Assembly (NCBI GenBank): GCA_965209055.1
Contig: OZ242374.1
Location: forward strand, 2,848,001-2,912,000
Reading direction: 5' to 3'
Length of the DNA stretch: 64,000 bases
Origin: Acidobacteriota bacterium
GTDB lineage: Bacteria > Acidobacteriota > UBA6911 > RPQK01 > JAJDTT01
Below are positions 29,771-38,341 of the stretch, in pieces (position 1 is the first letter of the stretch; each line of letters starts with the position of its first letter). The notes under the pieces were generated by a model. It did not search any database and was not told where the DNA came from. It saw only the letters and a program-made list of their open reading frames with translations. A program made the position numbers and the translations under genes.

Positions 29771-30488
29771 GGTAGGACGCGGCGTCGGAACACATCCAGA
29801 CCACGGCCTCCGCCACCTCCTCCGCCGTTCCCCAGCGCCGCGACGGGGTGCGCATGGCGGTCGCGGCCATCTTGGCCGGATCCCGTCCCAACAATCTGTC
29901 GGCCATGGGAGTGTCGATGGCGCCGGGACAGACGGCGTTCACCCGGATCCCCTCCCGGGCGTACTCCACGGCGGCGGCCCGGGTCAGGCCCATGACGCCG
30001 TGCTTGCTGGCGTTGTAGGCGCTGACCCCGTTGCCGGTCCCCACCAGGCCGGAGCCCGAAGAGGTGTTGACGATGACCCCGCCTCCCTGCAGCAGCATCT
30101 GCCTGATCTGGAACTTCATGCAGTACCAGACGCCGGTCAGATTGATGGCCGTCACCCGGTCGAACATCTCCTCCGAGTAGTCGTGAAAGGGGGTTGTCTC
30201 ACCCTCGATGCCGGCGTTGTTGTGGGCGCAGTCGAGGCGGCCGTGCAGCTTCACCGTGTCCCGGATCAGGGCTTCGACCTGGTCCCGGTCCGCGACGTCG
30301 GCGGGCAGGGAATGGGCCGTGCCGCCGGCAGCCAAAACTTGCCGGGTGATTTCTGCGCTCCATTCCGGATTCAGGTCCGAGACCACGACCCGGGCTCCCT
30401 CCCGGGCGCAGGCCAGAGCGGTGGCGCGGCCGATGCCGGATCCGGCGCCGGTGATGAGAATCACCTTGTCCTTGAGACTATCCGGCAT
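29721..30488 (-). CDS. Short-chain dehydrogenase/reductase (SDR)
   Basis: TGAGSGIG, NNAG, YNASK, RVNAVCPGAIDT. Confidence 0.95.
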   Translation of the reverse strand: MPDSLKDKVILITGAGSGIGRATALACAREGARVVVSDLNPEWSAEITRQVLAAGGTAHSLPADVADRDQVEALIRDTVKLHGRLDCAHNNAGIEGETTPFHDYSEEMFDRVTAINLTGVWYCMKFQIRQMLLQGGGVIVNTSSGSGLVGTGNGVSAYNASKHGVMGLTRAAAVEYAREGIRVNAVCPGAIDTPMADRLLGRDPAKMAATAMRTPSRRWGTAEEVAEAVVWMCSDAASYLTGQPVSVDGGSLAGR

Positions 30489-30513
30489 GCTGGACCTCTC
30501 CTCCCGGGAGAAA

Positions 30514-30620
30514 GGAGGGGCGATTCCCAATCGCCCGGTCATCGTCGCCAAGCTTGTTGGAACGGAGTTCGGCGGTTGGAAACCGCCGCTCCGGTTCGCC
30601 GGTCAGGAAACCACCGCTCC
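30514..30620. repeat. REP-like cluster: one inverted and two direct palindromic units (REPIN-like)
   Basis: GGAGGGGCGATTCCCAATCGCCC ... TCGGCGGTTGGAAACCGCCGCTCC ... TCGCCGGTCAGGAAACCACCGCTCC. Confidence 0.8.
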
Positions 30621-30632
30621 TGCGCGGTCCGT

Positions 30633-32615
30633 TCAACCTTCGTCCCTCATCTTCTCGTAGATTCCCTTGGCCTTCTCGAAGAGGTCCTTCATTTCCCGGC
30701 GCTGGTCCGGGTCGGGGACGTTGGCCGTCTCCTCCAGCCAGGTCAGAGCCTCGTCGATCCAGGTGAGGAAGAAGGCGGCGTCTTGGGGCGATCGCGGTTT
30801 CCGGTCACCCACCTGAAGATAGATGGGGCTGGTGTGGGCCACCAGGGGAATTCCTCCCTGGTAGACCAGTTCGGGTCCGTAGGCCCGGGCCGCAAGCCAG
30901 GAGGTGTCCTGGACCCGGATCCGGTCTTTCAGCGTCAGGTCCCGTTCGCAGGATGGGTTCTCCAGCTTGGCGACGACCTTGCCGCCCTGGACGATGTCCA
31001 CCCAGTCGACTGGAATCCTGGATCGGACCGAAGCCGTCACCTCGATCTCCTCGCCCGCCGAGGCCGATAGGGTCTCCCCCAATTTGCGGCCGCCGGCGGT
31101 GAACCGGAGCATGGGGCCGGTGGTCACGAAGGTCCGTCCGGCCCGGATCCCGTCCAGCCAGGCATCGTAGGAAAAGGTTCCGGGGACCTGGACGTAGACA
31201 CGGGGGATTCCGGCCACCTGGATGTTGGACATCTTGTCGGTGCCGCCGGCCGCCGCCAGGCGAAAGCCGCAGTTCAGGAAGCGGTACCAGATCTCGGCGG
31301 CCGCAGGACGGTTGCGGCGGGGAGCCAGGGGGTCGCCCCAGGTCATGAGGTCGATGGAGTCCACCTTGCCCAGGGCCACGTCGATGGCCAGTTCGCCGCG
31401 CGCTCCCGGGAAGTGGGCCCAGCTCACGAACCCGCCCTGGGCATGGGCCTTGTCCGCCTGGTGCGCCATGGGCGGGTAGTCGATGCCGCCCGGGACCCCT
31501 TCGTCCGGGCCGCCCCAGGTCAGGGGATAGACCAGGTTCTTGAGATTCAGCAGGACCGTGTGCCCCAGGAAGTCGTGCCGGCTCTCCTCGTTCACGTAGA
31601 TGATGGTTTCCGGCTCCGAGATCCGGTCCGGTTCACCGGTGAAGTGCTCCACGTTGGTGATCAGCTCGTCCCACTTGGTAGCCAGGATGTTGATGACGTT
31701 CAGGTCTTCCGCCTTGGCCTCCAGCAGGGCGGCGTGGGGACTCACGAAATGGACGTGGGTGTCGCCCGAATACCAACCTTCCTGCCTCAGGTCCGACCAG
31801 CGGCGCAGTTGGACCTCCAGTTCCGGGACCTGTCCCTTCTTGACGGAGAAGGCGATGCTGCGGGGCTCGTATTCGATTCCCTTGAGGATCTCCATTTCGT
31901 AGCTTCCCGTGGCCAGGGGCAGAATGAAATCGGGACGAACGTAGGCATACGTCTTGTCCACCACGACCACGTCTCCTCCCACATCCTCGCGCCAGCCGAT
32001 GGGGACCCGCCACTGGTGACCCTGAGGCGGCCAGTAGGTTCCGTCCTGGTCCAGGACCCGGACTCGCGCCGCCACGGCCGCGCCGCTGTCCCGGTCCCGC
32101 AAGTGGACCCGGACCAGGTGCAGGGGCTGCTGCTCGGGGTTGTGGACTGCGAGTTCCGGCGGAAGGTCCGGGCGGCGTTCACTGCCGATGTGGACGATCT
32201 TCCAGCCCGAGTCCCTCCGGCGCAGCGTCAGGGTCAGGGCCGGTTTGGTGACGCCATGGGACCGGTAGACCAGCACCGGATGGACCCGGATCGTGTCTCC
32301 CACCTCCTGGTAGTGGGCGAAGCGGAGCCAGACGTGGGTGATCTTGTGCATGCCCCGGTGCAGGGTCTCCAGGTACTGCTCCCGGTTCTCGCCTCGGTCC
32401 GTGGTCAACTCCGGGTCCAGGATCGAAGCCATGGTCTCCATGTCCCGGTTCAGGAAGCCGTTGGCCCAGGTGTGAACGGCCAGGCGGGCCTTCAGCATCT
32501 CCTCGGTGGGATGGGCCGGCGCGTTGGCCCCCAAGAGGAAACCCACCAGAAGAACCGGCCATACCGCCCCGCGCCCGAGGCGGCTCATGCCTCCCGCTCC
32601 ATTCCGGTTCGACAT
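30633..32615 (-). CDS. CehA/McbA family metallohydrolase (PHP-like) with N-terminal NTF2-like domain, secreted
   Basis: GWYSGDTHVH, EESRH..LGH, WAHFP, WYRFLNCGFR, GTD, GRTFVTTGP, AHTSPIY; signal peptide. Confidence 0.85.
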   Translation of the reverse strand: MSNRNGAGGMSRLGRGAVWPVLLVGFLLGANAPAHPTEEMLKARLAVHTWANGFLNRDMETMASILDPELTTDRGENREQYLETLHRGMHKITHVWLRFAHYQEVGDTIRVHPVLVYRSHGVTKPALTLTLRRRDSGWKIVHIGSERRPDLPPELAVHNPEQQPLHLVRVHLRDRDSGAAVAARVRVLDQDGTYWPPQGHQWRVPIGWREDVGGDVVVVDKTYAYVRPDFILPLATGSYEMEILKGIEYEPRSIAFSVKKGQVPELEVQLRRWSDLRQEGWYSGDTHVHFVSPHAALLEAKAEDLNVINILATKWDELITNVEHFTGEPDRISEPETIIYVNEESRHDFLGHTVLLNLKNLVYPLTWGGPDEGVPGGIDYPPMAHQADKAHAQGGFVSWAHFPGARGELAIDVALGKVDSIDLMTWGDPLAPRRNRPAAAEIWYRFLNCGFRLAAAGGTDKMSNIQVAGIPRVYVQVPGTFSYDAWLDGIRAGRTFVTTGPMLRFTAGGRKLGETLSASAGEEIEVTASVRSRIPVDWVDIVQGGKVVAKLENPSCERDLTLKDRIRVQDTSWLAARAYGPELVYQGGIPLVAHTSPIYLQVGDRKPRSPQDAAFFLTWIDEALTWLEETANVPDPDQRREMKDLFEKAKGIYEKMRDEG

Positions 32616-32667
32616 GGGTTCCTCCCTTCTCCTGAGGGCCCTGGTATTGCGCCGGCGAAAACCGGGT

Positions 32668-33915
32668 TCAGGCCGACGGTGACACGTCCGGACGATATCC
32701 CCCGCATCGCCGGTCCACGGCTGCCCCGAACGAGCCGATGACCAGACCCGAAACCCCCTCGGTGTCCAGAAGCCTGGCGTTTTCCTCCGGATCGTGCGCC
32801 GACCACATGCGCGCCACGTGCAGCCGGCAGCCGTGGCGGGCGCAGTGGGGACCGTAGTCGTCGCGGATCGCACTGTACAGCCGGTCCATGGCCCCTTGGT
32901 ACGCAGGCGAGCCTTTGACCAGGGGGATCGACCAGTAGCTCGGGATCCCGTGGTCGTCGACACCCTTGATCCCGTAGTGGTCCTCGTCGTTGACCAGGTA
33001 GCCGTAACCCTGGTGCTTGGGCCACAGGAGCCCCCAGAAAGAGGGGCAGCGCACCGCCACCTGGTCGATGACCAGATCGTCCAGCAGCTTCTCCCGGACC
33101 CAGGTCCTCCAGTCCAGGTAGAGGTTGCCCAGAGGCGGGCCCATGGTGTCGCCGGTGGGCACGCCGATTCCCAGCTCCATCCCCCGGGCGTCGAGGGCCG
33201 ACCGCAACTCTCTCAGGAACCGGGTCACCCCCTCTCCCCGCAACCGCCGCCACGGCTCAGGGTCGAAATTGCGCCGCATCATGTCGACGCCGTAGCGCCG
33301 TTCGTATTCTTCGACGACGGGCTCGTTGAATCCGAACTGGTCGCCATGGACGGCCGGCTTGGACTGGGAGCGGGTGCAGACGAAGACTCCGTCGAAGTCG
33401 TAGTCCCCCAGGGCCGCCAGGATGCGGCGGATGGTGTAGCGGCGCACGTCCGGATAGGCGTACTCCATGACGCCGTAGTGGGGACGGCCCTCCCGGTCCC
33501 GGGCCAGGCACTCGGGGTTGGCCATGGTGAACTGGCTCTGCCAACCGAAGGTTCCTCCCTGCCACCGTTCGCTCAGGGGATAGCCCTCATCGTACATGGT
33601 GGCGTAGACGTAGACCTTGTAGCCCATCTCCTTGAGCTTGGTGGTGATCAGTTCGTGCTCGTCGAAGCCCTGGTTCTCGTAGTCCTCGAAGACCCTTCGG
33701 GGCGGGGCGCCCGGGGCGCTGAAGCAGATGCGAAACTTGCTCCAGGTCTTCATCTCCCGCCAGTAGATGGCGCCGGCGCCGAATTCGCGCCGCCAGCGCT
33801 CGGCGCAGCGCAGGATCTTGCCGGGCCGGTCCATGGCGTCGTCCCCGTCCCAGGCTTCCAGGTGGTCGCCCCAACTGACGTTCATGATGGTCCGCTTGGT
33901 GTTGTTTTCAGCCAA
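32668..33915 (-). CDS. Glycoside-hydrolase-like TIM-barrel protein (GHL10/DUF187-like), copy B
   Basis: FTMANPE, YAYPDVRRY, YDFDGVFV, FGFNEPVVEEYERRYGVD, DWRTWV; TTG start with same GCGAGGTTGACC leader and same 1248-bp length as copy A. Confidence 0.65.
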   Translation of the reverse strand: MAENNTKRTIMNVSWGDHLEAWDGDDAMDRPGKILRCAERWRREFGAGAIYWREMKTWSKFRICFSAPGAPPRRVFEDYENQGFDEHELITTKLKEMGYKVYVYATMYDEGYPLSERWQGGTFGWQSQFTMANPECLARDREGRPHYGVMEYAYPDVRRYTIRRILAALGDYDFDGVFVCTRSQSKPAVHGDQFGFNEPVVEEYERRYGVDMMRRNFDPEPWRRLRGEGVTRFLRELRSALDARGMELGIGVPTGDTMGPPLGNLYLDWRTWVREKLLDDLVIDQVAVRCPSFWGLLWPKHQGYGYLVNDEDHYGIKGVDDHGIPSYWSIPLVKGSPAYQGAMDRLYSAIRDDYGPHCARHGCRLHVARMWSAHDPEENARLLDTEGVSGLVIGSFGAAVDRRCGGYRPDVSPSA

Positions 33916-33970
33916 GGTCAACCTCGCAGGCTTCGTTTCCAAACTGCCGCGCCGATGATCCGGACCGCAC

Positions 33971-35218
33971 TCAGGCCGGATTGGCCACGTCGGGGCGGAC
34001 CCCGCCGGCCCGACGGTCGACCACGGATCCGAACGAGCCGAGGGCCAAACCCGAAACGCCCTCGGTGTCGAGCAGCCGGGCCTCTTCCTCCGGATCATGT
34101 ACCGACCACATGCGGGCGACGTGCAGCCGGCAGCCGTGCCGGGCGCAGTGGGGACCGTAGTCGTTCCGGATGGCGCCGTCGAGGCGCTCCATGGCGCCTT
34201 CGTACGCCGGCGACCCCTTGACCAGCGGTATCGACCAGAAGCGTTTCTCGCCGTAGTCGTCGCCTCCCTTGATTCCGTAGTGGTCCTCGTCGTTGACCAG
34301 GTATCCGTATCCCGGATTCTTGGGCCACATGAGGTGCCAGAAGGAGGGGCAGCGGACCGCCACCTGGTCGATGACCAGATCGTCCACCAGCTTCTCCTCG
34401 ACCCAGGTCCTCCAATCCAGGTAGAGGTTGCCCAGGGGTGGGCCGATGTAGTTTCCGGCAGGGACTCCGATTCCCAGTTTCATCCCCCGGGCGTCGAGGG
34501 CCGATCGCAGTTCTCTGAAGAACCGGGTCAATCCCTCTCCCCGGAGCCGCCGCCAGGGCTCCAGTTCGAAGTTGCGCCGCATCATGTCCACTCCGTAGCG
34601 TCGCTCATACTCTTCGACGATCGGTTCATTGAATCCGAACTGGTCGCCATGGACGGCGGGTTTGGACTGGGAGCGGGTGCAGACGAAGACCCCGTCGAAG
34701 TCGTAGTCCCCCAGGGCCGACAGGATGCGGCGGATGGTGTAGCGGCGCACGTCCGGGTAGGTGTACTCCATGATGCCGTAGTGGGGCCGGCCCTCCTTGT
34801 CCCGGGCCAGGTACTCGGGGTTGGCCATGGTGAACTGGCTCTGCCAGCCGTAGATGCCTCCCTGCCAGCCCTCGCTCAGGGGGAACCCTTCGTCGAACAT
34901 GGTGGCGTACATGTAGACCTTGTAGCCCATCTCCTTGACCTGGGTGGTGATCAACTCGTGCTCGTCGTACCCTTTGCGCTCGTAGTCGTCGAAGACCTTG
35001 CGGGGCGGGGCGCCGGGGGGAGTGAAGCCGATCCGGAACTTGCTCCAGCTTCGCATCTCCCGCCAGTAGATGGCGCCGGCGCCGAACTCCGACTTCCAGC
35101 GCTCGGCGCAACGCAGGATCTTGTCCGGCTGATCCATGGCGTCGTCCCCGTCCCAGGCTTCCAGGTGGTCGCCCCAACTGACACTCATGATGTTTCGGTT
35201 CATATTGCTGTCCGCCAT
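33971..35218 (-). CDS. Glycoside-hydrolase-like TIM-barrel protein (GHL10/DUF187-like), copy A
   Basis: Colinear high-identity paralogue of 32668-33915; no signal peptide. Confidence 0.65.
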   Translation of the reverse strand: MADSNMNRNIMSVSWGDHLEAWDGDDAMDQPDKILRCAERWKSEFGAGAIYWREMRSWSKFRIGFTPPGAPPRKVFDDYERKGYDEHELITTQVKEMGYKVYMYATMFDEGFPLSEGWQGGIYGWQSQFTMANPEYLARDKEGRPHYGIMEYTYPDVRRYTIRRILSALGDYDFDGVFVCTRSQSKPAVHGDQFGFNEPIVEEYERRYGVDMMRRNFELEPWRRLRGEGLTRFFRELRSALDARGMKLGIGVPAGNYIGPPLGNLYLDWRTWVEEKLVDDLVIDQVAVRCPSFWHLMWPKNPGYGYLVNDEDHYGIKGGDDYGEKRFWSIPLVKGSPAYEGAMERLDGAIRNDYGPHCARHGCRLHVARMWSVHDPEEEARLLDTEGVSGLALGSFGSVVDRRAGGVRPDVANPA

Positions 35219-35355
35219 GGTCAACCTCGCGTCTCCATGTCTCAGATTGAATGTGTGGACGCACGACAACCTGCGCCGCCGATCCGGAAATCACTCTGCC
35301 GGTGGATTCCGTCCCGTGGTGAGGCTTCACCATGTGCCGCCGGCTTCTCCCGGGC

Positions 35356-36672
35356 TCAGACCTTCGGGAGTGTCCAGGGTTCCCGATAGGTCCGGCCCAG
35401 CAACCGGTTGGCCTCTTCGTCATTGGTGAAGGTTTCGGTGGCGGCGTCGAACTTGAGTTTGTTGTTCGTGCGCCAGGCAATGTTGCCCAGATGGACGATG
35501 CCGGAGGCCACGTGGCCGATTTCGATGTCGCAGGCGGGCCTGCCGCCGTTTTTGATGCAGCTCAGGAAGTCCCGTTTGTGCCGGACGTCGTCCTCCCTCT
35601 TCGAGCCCTGGGCTTCGTGGAGCAGTTCGGCCTTGGGGCCGTAGGCGCGCCAACTGCGGTTTCCGATGATCACGTAGCCGTTTTCCCCGTAGACGGCGGC
35701 GCCTTCGACCAGGCCCTCCAAGGGAGGCCGGGACCAGAGGCGCATCTCGTACATGAGGATGCAGTTGGGATAGTCGTACATGACCAGTTGGGTGTCGGGC
35801 CATTCCTGGCAGTCGTCCAGGACCAGCTTGCCGCCGCTGGCGCTCACCGCCGACGGCCACTCGGGAAGGGTCTCGCCCTGGGCTTCGAGTCCCGCCTCCA
35901 ACCCGCGCCGGGCGTAGTCGAGGCGATGGACGCCGTCGTTGCCCAGGTCGCCGCAGCCGTAGTCGAAGAACCAGCGCCAGTGGCTGTGGAAGCGGAGTGG
36001 ATTGAAGGGACGTTCGGGGGCCGGTCCCAGCCACATGTCATAGTCGACGCCGGACGGAGGGGCGGTGTCAGCCGGGAACCCCAGGTTCCGGTTGTGGGCG
36101 CTCTCCCAACCCTTGGCGAAGCGGACCTTCCCCAGGACACCGGAACGGATGTAGTCGAACGCCTGTTGGAAGAAACGGCCGTTGCGCGACTGGATGCCCA
36201 CCTGCACCACCCGGTCGTACTTGCGGGCGGCCTCCACCATGGCCCGGCCCTCTATCATGTTGTGGGAGGCGGGCTTTTCCACGTAGACGTGCTTTCCGGC
36301 CTGGCAGGCCAGGATGGTGGGGATGGCGTGCCAATGGGTGGGTGTCCCCATCACGATGGCGTCGATGGACGGGTCGTCCAGCAGGCGCCGGAAGTCGGTC
36401 TCGGGTTTGGGGCGTTTCCCCTGGATCTCCTCGGTCCTCTTGAGCTTTTCCTCGAAGACCCGGGTGTCCACGTCGCAGACGTGGGTGACCTCCACGTCCT
36501 CCAGTTCGGCGAACCCGTAGAGGAGTCCTCCGCCCCTGCCGCGGACTCCCATGCAGGCGACGCGAAACTTCTCGTTGGGACTCTGGGCATCCTTCCGGAA
36601 TGCGGGGGCCGCCAGCGCCGCGCTCGAGAGTGCGGCGGACTTGAGGAACGATCGACGATTGGCTTGGGCCAT
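35356..36672 (-). CDS. Gfo/Idh/MocA family oxidoreductase with Tat signal
   Basis: NRRSFLK, GVRGRG, TPTHWH, GKHVYVEKP, DYDMWLGPAP, GVHRLD. Confidence 0.95.
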   Translation of the reverse strand: MAQANRRSFLKSAALSSAALAAPAFRKDAQSPNEKFRVACMGVRGRGGGLLYGFAELEDVEVTHVCDVDTRVFEEKLKRTEEIQGKRPKPETDFRRLLDDPSIDAIVMGTPTHWHAIPTILACQAGKHVYVEKPASHNMIEGRAMVEAARKYDRVVQVGIQSRNGRFFQQAFDYIRSGVLGKVRFAKGWESAHNRNLGFPADTAPPSGVDYDMWLGPAPERPFNPLRFHSHWRWFFDYGCGDLGNDGVHRLDYARRGLEAGLEAQGETLPEWPSAVSASGGKLVLDDCQEWPDTQLVMYDYPNCILMYEMRLWSRPPLEGLVEGAAVYGENGYVIIGNRSWRAYGPKAELLHEAQGSKREDDVRHKRDFLSCIKNGGRPACDIEIGHVASGIVHLGNIAWRTNNKLKFDAATETFTNDEEANRLLGRTYREPWTLPKV

Positions 36673-36840
36673 GTGAATCTCCGTGGCAGTGGTCCTTGCG
36701 GACGGTTGTCGGATCCGATTTGCGTACTCTCAGGTATGGACCGATCCGGCGTTCCTGTCAAGAACGAAAGGGAATCAGGAATGTCCGAAGCCGGTCCCCG
36801 CGATTGACAGTCGGGGACGCCGTTCTTACGCTGGAACGCA

Positions 36841-37350
36841 ATGAAGGTCGCCGTCATTTCCGACACGCACGACAACTGGCCCAACCTGGATCGCGCCTGC
36901 AAATACCTGAACGGGCTGGGTATTCGCATGCTCCTGCACTGCGGGGACGTCTGCGCGCCTCTGACGCTGCGCCGGTTGGCGGCGGCATTCCAAAACCCGA
37001 TCCACCTGGTCCTCGGGAACGTGGACGGAGACCCGTTCCTCATGGTCACCCGGACCACCGAATTTCCCCATTTGCACCACCACGGCGCCGAGCTGGGAGA
37101 GATCGAGGTCGACGGCCGGAAGATCGCGTTGCAGCACTATCCCACCCTGGCCCGGGGCCTGGCCTTGACCGGGCAATACGATGCCGTCTTCTTCGGCCAT
37201 GACCACACTTGCCGCCAGGAAGTTCTGGAAGCAGGGGGGAAACAGGTCCTGCTGGCCAATCCCGGCCTGTTGGGGGACATGGGAAAATCCCCAAGCCTGG
37301 GACTCTACGAGACGGCGGACAACAGCTTCCGGATTGTGGGTCTGGGCTAG
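36841..37350 (+). CDS. YfcE-like metallophosphoesterase
   Basis: ISDTHDN, HCGD, GNVD, GHDH, NPG motifs. Confidence 0.92.
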   Translation: MKVAVISDTHDNWPNLDRACKYLNGLGIRMLLHCGDVCAPLTLRRLAAAFQNPIHLVLGNVDGDPFLMVTRTTEFPHLHHHGAELGEIEVDGRKIALQHYPTLARGLALTGQYDAVFFGHDHTCRQEVLEAGGKQVLLANPGLLGDMGKSPSLGLYETADNSFRIVGLG

Positions 37351-37352
37351 AA

Positions 37353-38291
37353 CTACTTCAGGGTCGCCTGGAGCGCGGCCTCGTCCACCACGCACCACTG
37401 ATACTGATTCGGGCGTCCGGCGCCGTCACGAAGAGGCGGGCTGAGAACGGTCACGCCGAAGTCCAGGGGCGCGAAGTCGTGCTGGGCGGTCTCGTCCGCC
37501 ACGCGGAAGATGTTGTAGTCGGCGGCCGCCTCCACCTGGGCCAGGTCGATGAGGTCCCGCATGGCGAAACGCCGGACTGCCGAGTTCCCGATGGCCGTGA
37601 TCCCCACGGCCCCCTGCTCTTCCAGCATGCGCCCCAAGCGGTTGAAGTCGGTGTGGCGGTCGTAGTAGGCGCCGGCCTCGCCCGGCTTGGGCTGGTAGTC
37701 GAGCATGTCCTGTCGGACGATGGAGCCGTCGGGCCGCCGGAGCCGGACGTTCAGCGGGATGGTGCGGCGGTAGGGCACGTCGCAGAACCATTCGGCGAAG
37801 TGGTGGCTGGTGGAGGCGTGGTAGGTCATTCCCGCCAGCACGATCTGCGTGTCCAGCGCCAGCATGACGCCGAAGGAGGAGCGCAGATCGAAGGCCGAGA
37901 GGGAGGGGTCCACCTGGGTGATGACCTCGGCTCTGGGCCCGATGGCGGAGAAGGAGTGGCGAAACCCGGTGCTGCGGATCGACCGGGGGTGACGCCGCAC
38001 CGTCTCGCTGATGATCCCCATCTCCGAAGGGTCGTTCTCCGGGTCGATGAGTGGATTCTCCTCGGCCTCGTGGACGAAGGTGAAGTTGGGAGCCACCAGC
38101 GTTCCCGCCGGGCCGAGAACTTCCAGGAAGGCATCCACCACGGTTTCGGCGCCGCCTCGAATGTGCCCGAAGGTCCGCATGGCCGAATGGACCAGGACCA
38201 CGTTCCCCGGTCTCAATCCGATCCGGACCAGTCCCTGCCGAATCTCATCCTGCGTCAATCCCTTCTGGCCGGTCTCCTGCTGTGGCACCAT
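37353..38291 (-). CDS. AAC(3) / Antibiotic_NAT family N-acetyltransferase (start uncertain)
   Basis: VLVHSAM..FG...GGAETVVDA, GTLVAPNFT, MGIISE, HSFSAIG, TSHHFAE. Confidence 0.85.
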   Translation of the reverse strand: MVPQQETGQKGLTQDEIRQGLVRIGLRPGNVVLVHSAMRTFGHIRGGAETVVDAFLEVLGPAGTLVAPNFTFVHEAEENPLIDPENDPSEMGIISETVRRHPRSIRSTGFRHSFSAIGPRAEVITQVDPSLSAFDLRSSFGVMLALDTQIVLAGMTYHASTSHHFAEWFCDVPYRRTIPLNVRLRRPDGSIVRQDMLDYQPKPGEAGAYYDRHTDFNRLGRMLEEQGAVGITAIGNSAVRRFAMRDLIDLAQVEAAADYNIFRVADETAQHDFAPLDFGVTVLSPPLRDGAGRPNQYQWCVVDEAALQATLK

Positions 38292-38341
38292 GAGCCTCAT
38301 CATAGTTTGCGGCATTCGGTGACGCCACCCGGGAGGAACGT

